64,000 nt of DNA from a virus (Duplodnaviria > Heunggongvirae > Uroviricota > Caudoviricetes), in the IMG/VR virus record IMGVR_UViG_3300027852_001421. One strand, written 5' to 3'. Positions 1 through 9,953 of this stretch are shown in pieces. The notes below the pieces were generated by a model, which saw only the letters and a program-made list of their open reading frames with translations, ran no database searches and was not told where the DNA came from. Numbering within the stretch: position 1 is the first letter of the stretch; the number at the start of each line of letters is the position of its first letter. Both the position numbers and the translations under genes were made by a program.

Positions 1-1284
1 GGAGACATGCGCTTCCACAGCCTTGCGCTTTGGGCCTTCGACAACTGCAAAGTCGCCTCCCATGACGTTTGACCAATGCGCGCTCAACGCATCATGTGCG
101 GCAAGATACCCTTGGATGGCCTCTAGGTCTGAAGCGGATCGATGGGCCCGCGGATCCAGTGGCATACGAAATAGATCAACGGTTTCTTGAGGTCGTGCTG
201 TAGTGGCCCGCAAGAATACGGCATCGGGAAACATTGCCTTCAACACGCCAGCGTGACGGATGTTCGTTCCCAAACCATCCACAAAGCTCGTGGCGCCGGC
301 AATGCGGTCCCGGTTCACCTCCAGGTACCGTTGGCGAAGGCTACTCATGTCGTCCCTTGTGAGCCGCGATAGGGCTTCCCCATAGCCCTCTTCATGGCTG
401 GGGCCGCAGAGCCGGTGTAGATCGCGCTCAAACATGCGCGGCTCACCAACACGGCCCATGCTTTGGTCAGCTGTCGCAGCTGTGTAAAGCTCAGCAAGGC
501 CGGATGCGGGTGATCCGAGAATGAAGACCGGCCGCGGGCTACGGCCGATCTCAAGGCTGTTTTCCTTGATCCATTGTGCGGAAATATGGTCCTGGATGCT
601 CTGCGCCAGCCGGCCCTCTTCATCCCCTTCCGCCATCTCGACAGCGTGATGGATCTCATTGCCCTTCTTGAAGGCGTCCCAGGCCGCATCGAGGTCTCCT
701 AAGGCCTCGTGGATCAGGCCGGCTGCGAAACACATGTGACCTTGATCGATCCCATATTCGATCGGGCTTTCCCTGATCTCCTGGATAAGTCCACTCAAGA
801 CATTCCGTGTCTCCGGGATGGGATGCAGCCAGAGCAGCCGTGCAGTGACGATCCAGGCACCTGCATTAAACGGGTTCTGAGGCATGTATTGGTTCAAAAC
901 AGTGCCAGCCCATTCAAACTCATGGGCGCGCAGCAGGCTCTCTGCCCATAGGGCCCAAAGCCCCTGATTGCCGCTGCTATGCATAAAGGCCTCAGCAGCC
1001 TCGGCAGCGCCTCGAGCATCGCCTTCGCGCAACAGGGCTTTGACACAATGTTCATGGATCTCAGCATGTGCCGGGAACTGGGCCGCCCCGCGACGCGCAA
1101 GTTTGAGCAACCTGAGGTCATCGCCCCGTTCGCCGAGCAGATTCAGCACTGACATGTATCCTTCGGGCGTGTCGATCCCCAGCGCGTCGAACATCTGTAG
1201 GGCCTCATCCTCACGCTCTCTGGCAATCAGGGAAGTAATGATTTTCGCGGGGTTGATCTGCTGCATGGTGGCGGCTTTCGTCAT
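1..1284 (-). CDS. TPR-repeat protein with C-terminal sulfotransferase-like region; partial, runs off the left window edge
   Basis: Hand translation of the reverse strand gives an uninterrupted frame from ATG (1284-1282) down to position 1, at least 428 codons with no stop. The ORF track omits it, presumably because there is no in-window stop. N-terminal TPR-like helical repeats are followed by RPVFILGSPASG, resembling the PAPS-binding P-loop (5'-PSB) of sulfotransferases. Confidence 0.45.
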   Translation of the reverse strand, partial: MTKAATMQQINPAKIITSLIAREREDEALQMFDALGIDTPEGYMSVLNLLGERGDDLRLLKLARRGAAQFPAHAEIHEHCVKALLREGDARGAAEAAEAFMHSSGNQGLWALWAESLLRAHEFEWAGTVLNQYMPQNPFNAGAWIVTARLLWLHPIPETRNVLSGLIQEIRESPIEYGIDQGHMCFAAGLIHEALGDLDAAWDAFKKGNEIHHAVEMAEGDEEGRLAQSIQDHISAQWIKENSLEIGRSPRPVFILGSPASGLAELYTAATADQSMGRVGEPRMFERDLHRLCGPSHEEGYGEALSRLTRDDMSSLRQRYLEVNRDRIAGATSFVDGLGTNIRHAGVLKAMFPDAVFLRATTARPQETVDLFRMPLDPRAHRSASDLEAIQGYLAAHDALSAHWSNVMGGDFAVVEGPKRKAVEAHVS

Positions 1285-1479
1285 AGGAGTGCGGCTATTA
1301 GGTCCGAGGGCCTGTTGACGCCACTGTAACGCGTTGCGAAAACCAAGCGAAAGCTAGGGTCGGTCTCATTCTGGGGGTTATCCACAACTAAGCCTCTTGG
1401 GCTGCATGGAAGTGAAGCTTTCGAGCGGCTAGGTTTGCGAATAACGGCGCAAGAAGCGATACCTACAGATGGAGCACCC

Positions 1480-1914
1480 ATGTCGAAGCCACCTTTTGAA
1501 GATATGTTCGGCTGGAAGTCCGGTCGTCGAAACCGCAAGAGTTTTGCGCTTTTCATGCTCGCCCAGCTTGGCGTATCGCTGTCCCTCTTTGTGTTGATTG
1601 TCTCTCTGACTCAACTTGGAAATGCTAACGATGTTGTCATTGGGATTACCGGGCTTGGCACGTTCGTTGTTGGTGTGGGTCTTATAACGTCCCAATTCTG
1701 CGTTATGGCGCAGCGTTGCCGGGATATTGGCTACAGTGGATTCTTTGTGCTACTAAACTTTGTTCCCTTTATTGCGCTCCTGTTCCAGGTTCTCCTACTC
1801 ATCGTTCCAGGCAGTAAGGGGCCTAATAAATATGGACCTGATCCGCGTGACCCGAATGCGCGGGCCGATGGCCTCACCTCGGCCAACACCAATGCTTCTC
1901 TTCTGAACAAATGA
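1480..1914 (+). CDS. DUF805-family inner membrane protein (YhaH-like)
   Basis: GGAG 6 nt upstream of ATG 1480. Translation has GRRNRKSF, a multi-TM core, QRCRDIGYSGFF and C-terminal G-PNKYGPDP motifs typical of DUF805. Confidence 0.6.
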   Translation: MSKPPFEDMFGWKSGRRNRKSFALFMLAQLGVSLSLFVLIVSLTQLGNANDVVIGITGLGTFVVGVGLITSQFCVMAQRCRDIGYSGFFVLLNFVPFIALLFQVLLLIVPGSKGPNKYGPDPRDPNARADGLTSANTNASLLNK

Positions 1915-2249
1915 CGGCGCTCAGTGCAGCCACCGCAGAGGTCTTCGAGCGGTACAGCAAGCTCATTAAGGAGCAGCAAGCCTCCGGCATGGCAGATCCT
2001 CTCGCAGAGGATCGTTACCTCTCGCTCACAAACCTCCTTTGGATGTGTGACCAAGCAGTTGCGGAGCACGACAGCTTGCCGATCGACAAGATCTCGCGCT
2101 GGTTGGGATGTGTGCAGGGCTGCCTTGCATCACGCGGCCTCATCAGCATCGAGGCCGAACGTGATTTCACAAGGACCCTCTTCCACGGCGCCTATGCACA
2201 AGACGGTATCGAGATCCCTGGCCGGAGAGAGCGCGCGATCGAGCCCTGA
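1911..2249 (+). CDS. hypothetical protein
   Basis: 112-aa ORF with balanced composition. ATGA overlap with upstream DUF805 gene suggests translational coupling. Confidence 0.4.
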   Translation: MTALSAATAEVFERYSKLIKEQQASGMADPLAEDRYLSLTNLLWMCDQAVAEHDSLPIDKISRWLGCVQGCLASRGLISIEAERDFTRTLFHGAYAQDGIEIPGRRERAIEP

Positions 2250-2307
2250 TACAGGAGGGCTCAAATGCCATTTGCCAAAACCCCGGTCGAGGTCCATATT
2301 CACTGAC

Positions 2308-2724
2308 ATGGACAAACTTCGTATTCATCGTGGGCTGACGCGATATTCCTCCCCCGGCTGGGAGGTGCGATTGTTTCGATTTGCTCCAAACGTAACACCA
2401 ACACGCGAGGCCGCGCCCGAGCTCCGTCATGCCGGTCTTTTCCTTGCCTTTGGTGTTGGATTGAACAGGCCGGTTGTGCTTCCGCGGCAAATCCCCCTCT
2501 TCGGTGAAGTCGCGTCCTTTCCACAAGGTGGATGCTCTGGAGCGATATTCCTCACAACCGCTCATGATACCTTGCAGATCGATGATCTGAACGGACTCTC
2601 TGAATGTCTTTTTGGACTGGGACGCAGCAAAACAAAGATTGCTCTTAGCGCAAATGCTCAGAAGCTCGAAGAGATGTTTCGCCAGGTATTGGCGGACGCC
2701 TATCACGTACCAGCCGCGGCTTAG
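2308..2724 (+). CDS. hypothetical protein (139 aa)
   Basis: Internal ATG of the 1924..2724 track ORF. Only the part downstream of 2308 has protein-like composition and does not overlap the 1911..2249 ORF. Confidence 0.35.
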   Translation: MDKLRIHRGLTRYSSPGWEVRLFRFAPNVTPTREAAPELRHAGLFLAFGVGLNRPVVLPRQIPLFGEVASFPQGGCSGAIFLTTAHDTLQIDDLNGLSECLFGLGRSKTKIALSANAQKLEEMFRQVLADAYHVPAAA

Positions 2725-2727
2725 ACC

Positions 2728-3273
2728 TCAGGGCCCATCCTGCCCGTCCAGATCGCTATCGGTATTGGCTGGCGAAGTCTGGAAGGCGATCCTATTTCTT
2801 GCTTCGAGAAGGTGATCGGCACAATAGATAGCAAAGATACAGCCAGCCCTCAGGGTCTTCTCCGACAGGAATGCTTTAAAATGCTTCTGCGCATGGGCGT
2901 CCATTGCGACATTCATGTGATCAGATACCTGGATGCAGACATCCCGCACAGGCACGTCCCCATCGGAAATGTCATTCAGTGAGATATGGAGGTTCAAATC
3001 GTCAGGCAGGCTGCTCAGATTTGCAAGAGCGTCAAATCTGATCCGGCGCAGCTTGTCGACCGGGCTGATCTGATAGATATGCCCATCGTTGTGGTAGGCC
3101 CACTTCTTGAAGATGACTGAATGCCAGCCATCTTTGACCCCGACATCCTGCGCAACCCTATCAAGCGCCCTGTGGAGGGGGATGGCCTCACGACGGCTCA
3201 GATTCTTGGCATCTTCTTTAAGCTTGGGAATATGGTGAACCACACCCTCGATGCATGCGAACTCAAGCGGCAA
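2728..3273 (-). CDS. hypothetical protein with acidic C-terminus ending DGP
   Basis: 181-aa ORF with globular-looking composition. C-terminal tail ...SDLDGQDGP. Confidence 0.5.
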   Translation of the reverse strand: MPLEFACIEGVVHHIPKLKEDAKNLSRREAIPLHRALDRVAQDVGVKDGWHSVIFKKWAYHNDGHIYQISPVDKLRRIRFDALANLSSLPDDLNLHISLNDISDGDVPVRDVCIQVSDHMNVAMDAHAQKHFKAFLSEKTLRAGCIFAIYCADHLLEARNRIAFQTSPANTDSDLDGQDGP

Positions 3274-3487
3274 TTCTTGACCTCCCCAATAACATTTCCA
3301 AAATCAGAAACCCGAGGGTCTCATCAGAAAATGCGTCAGCGCCAGGCCTTTACTTAGTGAGGGGTCCGCCGACCCTATCGTTCTCGCATCATCTAGTACG
3401 AAATATTTGTTTCAGCAACACCCAGTGACCCCGGGTGGGGTCTGGCAGGGTGCAGCCATGAAATCCACAGCTGCACCTTCATAGCAC

Positions 3488-4357
3488 CTACTTCAAAGAG
3501 CGTGTGCTTTTTTGGAGCTTCTTCATCTTGAGGACAGCGAAGGCTTCCTGCTCACGCAACCTCCGGATCTGTGTCTTATACTCATCCTGAGTGATCTCAC
3601 CGCGCAGACGACGAAGCTTCAGAATGGACTCGGCATCACGATGATCTGCGATTTTGCTGCGCATGCCGTCCAATTTCTCACGGCTCTCCTGAACCTTATT
3701 GTCAAGATCGACAGTGAGGGGCGGGACAGCTACCGGCGGCAATGCGACAGGAGGGAGTGGAAGCGGTGGGACGGTTACGTCAGGCGTGTCGGAGGTGCTC
3801 TCATCGCTTGATCCGCTATTCGACTCTTTAGCTGTGTCGCCATCTTCAGTGGATCCTGTGGGGTCGCTTGTGTCAGGTGCTGTCCCATTCTGATCGGTCG
3901 AGCCGTCAGAATCATCTTCCGGTCCCATTTCGCGGTCATCATCTTCCTCGGCGGCCTCTTCTTCCGCCTCTTCGGCTTCTTTAGCCGCTTCCTCGGCGGC
4001 CTCTTCTTCCGCCTCTTCGGCTTCTTTAGCCGCTTCCTCGGCGGCTTTCTCAGCCTCTTTAGCAGCCTTCTCGGCTTCCTTCGCCGCCTTCTCGGCTTCC
4101 TTCGCCGCCTCTTTAGCGGCCTTCTCGGCTTCCTTCTCAGCTTTTTCGGCGTCCTTAGCAGCCTTCTCGGCTTCTTTTTCAGCTTCCTTCGCAGCCTTTT
4201 TGTCCTTCTTGCCTTCTTTGCCAGACTTGGAAGCAGCAAGGGTAACGAATGAAGGCAGAGTGGTGAAACTATGTGCTGAGGTGATATTGGCGGCGAAGCT
4301 GGGTGTCGTCACCAAGCAGAATGTCATAGCAATTGCGATACGTGATACCGAGTTCAT
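3488..4357 (-). CDS. secreted low-complexity repeat protein with SHOCT-like C-terminal motif
   Basis: AAGGAG 5 nt before ATG at 4357. Signal peptide MNSVSRIAIAMTFCLVTTPSFA, then (KEAEKAA)n repeats, an acidic block, a Pro-rich PPLPLPPVALPPVAVPP segment, and C-terminal LRRLRGEITQDEYKTQIRRL matching the SHOCT pattern L..G.IT.EEY. Confidence 0.65.
   Translation of the reverse strand: MNSVSRIAIAMTFCLVTTPSFAANITSAHSFTTLPSFVTLAASKSGKEGKKDKKAAKEAEKEAEKAAKDAEKAEKEAEKAAKEAAKEAEKAAKEAEKAAKEAEKAAEEAAKEAEEAEEEAAEEAAKEAEEAEEEAAEEDDDREMGPEDDSDGSTDQNGTAPDTSDPTGSTEDGDTAKESNSGSSDESTSDTPDVTVPPLPLPPVALPPVAVPPLTVDLDNKVQESREKLDGMRSKIADHRDAESILKLRRLRGEITQDEYKTQIRRLREQEAFAVLKMKKLQKSTRSLK
3948..4037. repeat. perfect 45-nt tandem duplication inside the repeat-protein gene, followed by degenerate 12-24-nt periodic repeats up to about 4200
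   Basis: cggcggcctcttcttccgcctcttcggcttctttagccgcttcct occurs twice back to back. It encodes the AEEAAKEAEEAEEEA repeats on the minus strand. Confidence 0.7.
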
Positions 4358-4599
4358 GTGGGATCTCCTTACGAGAAGATGCATCTTTAAGGTATAACTA
4401 GAATTTTCGCAAACGGTTCTATCTCATTTGCGTGAGAATCGACGTAACGCGAGGTTGCGGCTGCAAACCGGGCGGCGACGTGGTGGTTTGACCATATAAA
4501 TAATGAAAGATTGAGCCTATTAGCGGTTTTGCGAAAAATCGGCTTGCTAGTCTGTTTCCAGTATGTCAGAAAGTTTATGAAAGCCAAAAGGAGATGTTT

Positions 4600-5814
4600 A
4601 TGGTTTCGCCTGTTTTAAGAGGCATCAGTTGTTCGGACTACCGCGCAACTTTAGCAGATCTCGAAGAGGATGGATGGTCGATCAGCAAAACCAATGGAGG
4701 CCATCTAAAGCTAGAGCACCCAAAGGCCAGCAAAGCTATTTTCGGTCCATGCTCCCCATCGGATTATCGCTCCAGGCACAATGTAGTTAGGAAATGCAAT
4801 ATCGCGATCGGCGAAGCAGCACGAGAAGAGAAAGTCTTCGGTCCAGCTCCCAAACAAAAGGAACTATCCGACCGCGAGTTCACCAGCATCCTGAAGAGCA
4901 GTAAGAAAATGCGAAAAACAAACCGTCACAAGCATGTGCCGACACCGAGCCACTTCCTTACAGATGCTGCCTCACCCGCGGATCCAGCTACGCCGAAGCG
5001 CAAGCTCGGCACACTTGCCCTGCCCGCATCCAAACAGGCCGTAAAGGCCAGTGCAGAAATCGCATCATCGCCCATGCAGGCGGTTGCGAAAAAGCTGAAT
5101 ATTACCAGCGCGACAAATCAGAAAGCGCCACCTCAGAAGAATAAGTCGGCGCCTACCCTCTCCAACGACAAAGACAAGGACACCAATACCATGCTCGCTT
5201 CCGTTTCCCCTACACCAGCCCCCGCGCAGCCTCAGGCCCCGGCTCACACATCCACACCCGCACCGCAGCCTGTCTCCAGGAAGCCCGATCCTCGTCAGGC
5301 AGGTTCCACCGCCATTCCGTCGATCTCCGCCGACGTTCTTGCGCTTGCAATGAAAATCACATCCGGCGAGATGATGCAGGTCGAAGTGACGGCTGATATG
5401 GTTGGCCAGACGCTCTACTACGATGGTCAGATCGTCCTGTCGGGCGCGGTGACCTCGAAGCCTGCGAAGTCTCTGTCGGTGGTGCCTTCTGCGACAGCAG
5501 CAGCGCCTGCGGCGACCCCCGCTCCTATGCCTGCCGCGGCAAGCGATACGTCGCACTCCTCTGCCGTTGCGACCAGGGGTCTCTCTCAGAATGAAGCGAT
5601 CACGTCGACCATCCTCGAAGCGCTGAAGGTTCTCGGCCCCGAACTGGTGACATTCAAGGAATTGACCCATGCGACCCTGCCGGATCTGCCCTATAAAAGC
5701 TTTAATTCGGCGCGCTCCTCCCTGCCTCTTCACGTCAACCGCATGATCGCAAGCGGCATGATCGAGGAAGGGACCAAGGACAACCAGAAGGCCTACCGCG
5801 TTAAGGCGTCCTAA
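4600..5814 (+). CDS. multi-domain ORFan: HicA-like N-terminal domain, Pro/Ala/Thr-rich linker, C-terminal globular domain
   Basis: AAAGGAG precedes ATG 4600 (alternative ATG at 4594). N-terminus LADLEEDGWSISKTNGGHLKLEHPKASKAIFGP resembles the HicA/YcfA fold (GW...GSH...HP...P). Residues about 150-300 are a low-complexity PAPAQPQAP linker. Confidence 0.5.
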   Translation: MVSPVLRGISCSDYRATLADLEEDGWSISKTNGGHLKLEHPKASKAIFGPCSPSDYRSRHNVVRKCNIAIGEAAREEKVFGPAPKQKELSDREFTSILKSSKKMRKTNRHKHVPTPSHFLTDAASPADPATPKRKLGTLALPASKQAVKASAEIASSPMQAVAKKLNITSATNQKAPPQKNKSAPTLSNDKDKDTNTMLASVSPTPAPAQPQAPAHTSTPAPQPVSRKPDPRQAGSTAIPSISADVLALAMKITSGEMMQVEVTADMVGQTLYYDGQIVLSGAVTSKPAKSLSVVPSATAAAPAATPAPMPAAASDTSHSSAVATRGLSQNEAITSTILEALKVLGPELVTFKELTHATLPDLPYKSFNSARSSLPLHVNRMIASGMIEEGTKDNQKAYRVKAS

Positions 5815-5835
5815 ACTCTCAAGATATGTGGATAA

Positions 5836-5866
5836 GGGGAGGGTGCGTGTCGCCCTCCCCTTTTTA
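5836..5866 (+). terminator. Rho-independent terminator
   Basis: ggggagggt-gcgtgtc-gccctcccc hairpin followed by ttttta, directly after the stop of the 4600..5814 gene. Confidence 0.6.
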
Positions 5867-5876
5867 TTGTGCGAAA

Positions 5877-6485
5877 ATGAAAAACCAACATATTTACGCA
5901 AAGGGCGCGTCTGTGGGCAACTACAAGAGCAACAAATTCGACGGGAGCCTCGCTCTTCGTGTGACCATCGCCAGCCTTATCTGTCCATTCCCCATCGTTC
6001 TGCTGGTTCTCTTAGGGCCAACGCTCATGGCGCTTTTAGGGGGTCTGCCGGGGATGATCCTAACGATGATCCTTTGTTGCCTTGTTATTGCGCTGGTTGC
6101 AGAACTGCTCAAGTTGGTGCCCTTCCCCCTAGTGACAGTTATGAAGGACGACACGCCGCCTTCGGATTTGGAAATCGCGCGCACACGCCTGTGGCACACT
6201 TTCAGCGCACTGCCGCTGTCATTCGCTGCAGCTTTGCTCTGGACAGTCTCTGCCGCCTTGTCATTGGAGTATTATGCAGCGCCAATCATGCTGATCATTG
6301 TCAGCCCCATGACGATCGCATTTCTGATCCTGCACCTCGACAGCGAAACAGCCGCTGAGGCCCTGCGAAAATCACTGCGCACATTCATCCTGATGTTGCT
6401 GGTCTCATTTATGTTTTCCCCAGAGCCCGCTGAGTTGGACAGCGTGGGGGCAGCGGATAACGCATCTGATAGCTTTCCGCGGTAG
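5877..6485 (+). CDS. polytopic membrane protein (ORFan)
   Basis: Start MKNQHIY. Four or more hydrophobic helices. The TGCGAAAA motif overlaps the ATG (tgtgcgaaaATG). Confidence 0.55.
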   Translation: MKNQHIYAKGASVGNYKSNKFDGSLALRVTIASLICPFPIVLLVLLGPTLMALLGGLPGMILTMILCCLVIALVAELLKLVPFPLVTVMKDDTPPSDLEIARTRLWHTFSALPLSFAAALLWTVSAALSLEYYAAPIMLIIVSPMTIAFLILHLDSETAAEALRKSLRTFILMLLVSFMFSPEPAELDSVGAADNASDSFPR

Positions 6486-6491
6486 TGCTGT

Positions 6492-7385
6492 TCAGGCGCG
6501 TTCACGGTCACGGAACAAACGACACTGGCGCGCCGCGGCTTTGAGATCTGAGGGATTGGCCGGCAGAGGCCGTCCCGCAGCCCGCGCCGCATCCAGAGCA
6601 TCGGGATCTTTTGAGATCTGCGCCGCGTATTTCTGCACCCGATCTAGGGCATCGCTGACAGGATTGCTCAGCCGCGCTGCGCGCCCTGTTAGGCGCATTA
6701 CCGATGTGATCTCATCCACACCGGCCGAGCCTAATCGATCAAACCCGGAAAGCAGCCGCATCAGAGCATAGTCAATCGCAAGCTTGCGCAGTTCCTTGGC
6801 CTCGAATGAAGCCTGTGAGCCACAAAGCAGTGCCGCCTCCTCAAGAAGGATCAGCGTATTGATGTGCCGCAGGAAAGCTTTGCGATCGAGATCCAGTACA
6901 GCATCTTTGAGCATGAGATCGACGATCTCTGTGCCGCATTTGCGGATGCGCGCCTTTACAGAGGCGCTCTCATCCTCTTCGCCCTTCGGACCAGGCTCAG
7001 GTTTCAGCGACAAGCGCCGACGCATCCCCTCATTATAGCCATAGCGCATCTCATCGACCATGACGTCGGGGTCAGGTGAGGCTTCCAAACGCTGCATGGC
7101 GGCCTCGAGCGGCGTACCCTCCGCACCAAGGCCAAGGCACATGGCCATTCGCAATCGGATCGCCTTATCCTGATGGGACAGGATGGAGCGCAGCCAGACA
7201 TCATCAGCGGCATTCAGGAGATTGGGGTTCGGGCGACCTCGCCCCTCGAATTCTTTGAAGACCTGCGCTTCACGTGCTTCGATCAAACCTGCGAGACCGA
7301 TTTTGGAGAAACTGCTCTCGATGCTGTCCGCTCGTTGGACATCGATCATCAGGTCCTCAATCAAGGCAGTGTAATGTTCTGGCAT
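6492..7385 (-). CDS. hypothetical protein (297 aa)
   Basis: Long ORF with protein-like composition. No recognisable motif. Confidence 0.55.
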   Translation of the reverse strand: MPEHYTALIEDLMIDVQRADSIESSFSKIGLAGLIEAREAQVFKEFEGRGRPNPNLLNAADDVWLRSILSHQDKAIRLRMAMCLGLGAEGTPLEAAMQRLEASPDPDVMVDEMRYGYNEGMRRRLSLKPEPGPKGEEDESASVKARIRKCGTEIVDLMLKDAVLDLDRKAFLRHINTLILLEEAALLCGSQASFEAKELRKLAIDYALMRLLSGFDRLGSAGVDEITSVMRLTGRAARLSNPVSDALDRVQKYAAQISKDPDALDAARAAGRPLPANPSDLKAAARQCRLFRDRERA

Positions 7386-7771
7386 GCCGCATCCCTAGCT
7401 CTGATGCCATATAAAGCACATAGCACCGGGATTCTGAAAGCGCATACTGATAGACGCGAGGGTCGTCTCAAGTCTGTGGTTTAGGGGCGCTCGCCGCGCA
7501 CCGGCCACTTCAGCTTTGCTTTCAGCGACCCAACCATCTTGCCGACGCTGAAGCTCGAAAATGCGACGATACATACGAAGAGAATGAGGAAGGTCAGAAT
7601 AAGAAGGATCTGCACGATATGGCTCCTTGCCGGGTTTCCTCCATATTTATGCAGTTTGCGATTTTTCGCAAGACTACAAGCTGCGGTATTTGCCACCGAT
7701 CCCTCAGTATCCCCTTGCCGAGACCGCGCTCATCCTCCAAAAAGTTATCGCCACATACTTATGGGGGTTCA

Positions 7772-8419
7772 GTGGAGCGTCAGATTCCCAACAAGGAAAA
7801 GCAGTTCAGCCTGGCGCGTGAAGCTGCAATTCTAATTCCCAGATACCCCGAGCAAGACGACCTTCCTGATGGGTCTGCGATACTGGCTCCATTGGACTCC
7901 CAAGGGCGCATGTATCCTCAAGGCGACCACATCATCTATTGCGTGGAAGATGGGAGCGGTTATGGGATCCGTCTGTGGGACTTCCTGGACATGACGACGA
8001 ACGCCGCTTTGGGGATCAGGTACTCCGGCCGATATGGCCGGCTGGGCACCTGCCCCGGACGAGACGTTCTTATGGCCGCGATATACGATCTTGATCGCCT
8101 GGTTATCAGTCAGTTTCTGCAGCCGTCCCTTCTCGAAGATTGGGCCGAGGAAGACCGGGATGACCTCAAGCCCCCCTGCGCGCCCAGCGGAACCCGCGAT
8201 GTCGGGGCGACCCGGCGCCTTATCGGCAGCGGGCGCGCTCTTCTGCATAAAAAACCGGGTATCATCCAGTTCAGGAACGGACAGGTGCTTGTACAGACCA
8301 AGAATCACACGCAACCGGTGATCTTTGATCACGACGATGCTGCCTTGGCCGCGGAGTTAAGCGACGTTGATCTCCCCGGAGAAGTTAGGCGTAGGATATT
8401 CGGTCGGGAAGACGGGTAA
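7772..8419 (+). CDS. hypothetical protein (GTG start proposed)
   Basis: The track ORF 7619..8419 has no good ATG. GTG at 7772 is preceded by GGGGG. An antisense 166-aa ORF (7832..8332) overlaps it and strand choice is uncertain. Confidence 0.4.
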   Translation: MERQIPNKEKQFSLAREAAILIPRYPEQDDLPDGSAILAPLDSQGRMYPQGDHIIYCVEDGSGYGIRLWDFLDMTTNAALGIRYSGRYGRLGTCPGRDVLMAAIYDLDRLVISQFLQPSLLEDWAEEDRDDLKPPCAPSGTRDVGATRRLIGSGRALLHKKPGIIQFRNGQVLVQTKNHTQPVIFDHDDAALAAELSDVDLPGEVRRRIFGREDG

Positions 8420-8611
8420 GCCCTTGGCCCTTGCAGTCATGACACAGTGCAGAAGATAAGTCCGGAAACCCAGATTAAATCTCGGTACGCCACTTGCGAA
8501 AAACACCGAAAGACATATTTTATTACCAGAGAAACGAAACAGATTTTCAGCGTTATGAACTTTCACAAGGTCGACGCAAGATACCACGAAGTCAGATATT
8601 AGGAGCAAGAC

Positions 8612-9874
8612 ATGCCGACGATTAATGAAGCATTCAAAACCCATGGCATCCGTGCCGAATTCGAAGGCATGCCCGCGATGGTCGTGCCGGTAACGCCGGA
8701 GCTTGCAGAAACGCTCGACCAGGAAAAGGTGAAAAAGCCTGCTATTTCTGGCAATATGCTCTTGAGCTGGAACAACGGCGATGAGCGCAAAGGTTTGGTT
8801 ATCAACAGCCTCGCAGCCAAAGATATCAATCTCCTGATCAAACGCCAGGACGGCAGCGACAAGAAGGTCAATGCCACCAGCATGACAGATGCAGCGCTTC
8901 AGGCGCTCCGTCTGCGCAATGCGCACCGCGAAGATGTGGCTCAGGTCGAAGCAGCAAATGCCAAGGCGCAGGAAGAATATCAGGAAGCCGTCGAACGCGG
9001 CGAAAATCCCGCCGAGCCTGAAGAGCGCAAAACCGAATTCACTGATGCATCCTTCAAGGGCATCGACGGTCTGGCGACATGTCTCCGCAGCGTGATGATT
9101 GGGATCAAGGAAGATGTGCTTTCCGATATCAAGGTCAAAGGCAAAGCAGACTCGTTCCTTGGCGAAATGCGTGAACTGACGCGCGACGAGCTGACCAGCT
9201 CTGATAAGGCCAAAGCACTTGAGGCGCGCCGCCTGAAAGCTGAAATCGCGATGCTTGCTCCTGAACATGAGAAAGCATCCGCCGCTATTATGCCGGCCGC
9301 TTATGAAGGTGACGGTGAGGCCGCTCGCGATCTTATGGATGCTATGCCTCATGATCCGGAAGGTCTGAGTGCCGCACAGCAGTCCGTTATGGTGCAGGCA
9401 GGCAACATTGCTCTGGTTAACCGCCTCTTCTCGGTTGCGACAACCACGCCGGTCATGGCTGTCGAAAAGCGCGCCTTGTCGCATACTGGCTTTGCAACCT
9501 TCGCACAGAATCTCGCCAAACACGAGAATAAGGATGCGGGCGAAATGGTTCTTCCCCGCATGGCAGCCGTGACCGGCGATGCCATGGAAGCCTATAAATG
9601 GCAGGGTAAGATCTATACCAAAGATGGTGCAGATATCCTTCTGATGCGCGATGAATATGCCGCCTTCGCCTACGCATGGGACTCTGAGAGCCGCGTCGGT
9701 GATATCAACATCGAAGCGTCGGTTTTGACAAACCTGACCCAGGCTGATGTGCCGACTGAAGATGAGCTGGTAGATCTGAAGGAAATCCATGAAGCCCTGA
9801 AGTTCGACAACGGTGCTGAAGTGAACTTCGATTGGGACGATGAGCCCGAAGAGGAAGACGTCTTCGAAGCCTGA
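8612..9874 (+). CDS. hypothetical protein with acidic E-rich C-terminal tail
   Basis: AGGAG before ATG. 420 aa. C-terminus ...NFDWDDEPEEEDVFEA. Confidence 0.65.
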   Translation: MPTINEAFKTHGIRAEFEGMPAMVVPVTPELAETLDQEKVKKPAISGNMLLSWNNGDERKGLVINSLAAKDINLLIKRQDGSDKKVNATSMTDAALQALRLRNAHREDVAQVEAANAKAQEEYQEAVERGENPAEPEERKTEFTDASFKGIDGLATCLRSVMIGIKEDVLSDIKVKGKADSFLGEMRELTRDELTSSDKAKALEARRLKAEIAMLAPEHEKASAAIMPAAYEGDGEAARDLMDAMPHDPEGLSAAQQSVMVQAGNIALVNRLFSVATTTPVMAVEKRALSHTGFATFAQNLAKHENKDAGEMVLPRMAAVTGDAMEAYKWQGKIYTKDGADILLMRDEYAAFAYAWDSESRVGDINIEASVLTNLTQADVPTEDELVDLKEIHEALKFDNGAEVNFDWDDEPEEEDVFEA

Positions 9875-9899
9875 TCGCCAAGTCGATTTGCGAATAAAT

Positions 9900-9926
9900 A
9901 AAGGGGCGGTCTTTACCGCCCCTTTA
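9900..9926 (+). terminator. Rho-independent terminator
   Basis: aaggggcggt-cttt-accgcccctt perfect hairpin plus T-rich tail, 25 nt after the 9874 stop. Confidence 0.7.
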
Positions 9927-9953
9927 TGATCAGACCCGAGAGAGGACCCAGCC

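Noticed and set aside
1322-1350. Possible rhizobial tts box (TtsI-dependent) because of the ...CGAAAGCT string
   Set aside because: The obligatory GTCAG half of the tts consensus is absent. The recurring motif here is TGCGAAAA, not the tts box.
1924-2724. 266-aa plus-strand ORF rich in S/R/A
   Set aside because: The upstream two-thirds is low-complexity and overlaps the better 1911..2249 ORF. Only the part from ATG 2308 looks protein-like, and that is annotated instead.
3775-4239. 154-aa ORF made almost entirely of K/R/P
   Set aside because: An alternate-frame read of the KEAEKAA repeat region inside the SHOCT-like protein gene; a composition artefact.
5065-5901. 278-aa Arg/Gly-rich minus-strand ORF
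   Set aside because: Antisense shadow of the 4600..5814 gene. Extreme R/G/C composition typical of a GC-rich off-frame.
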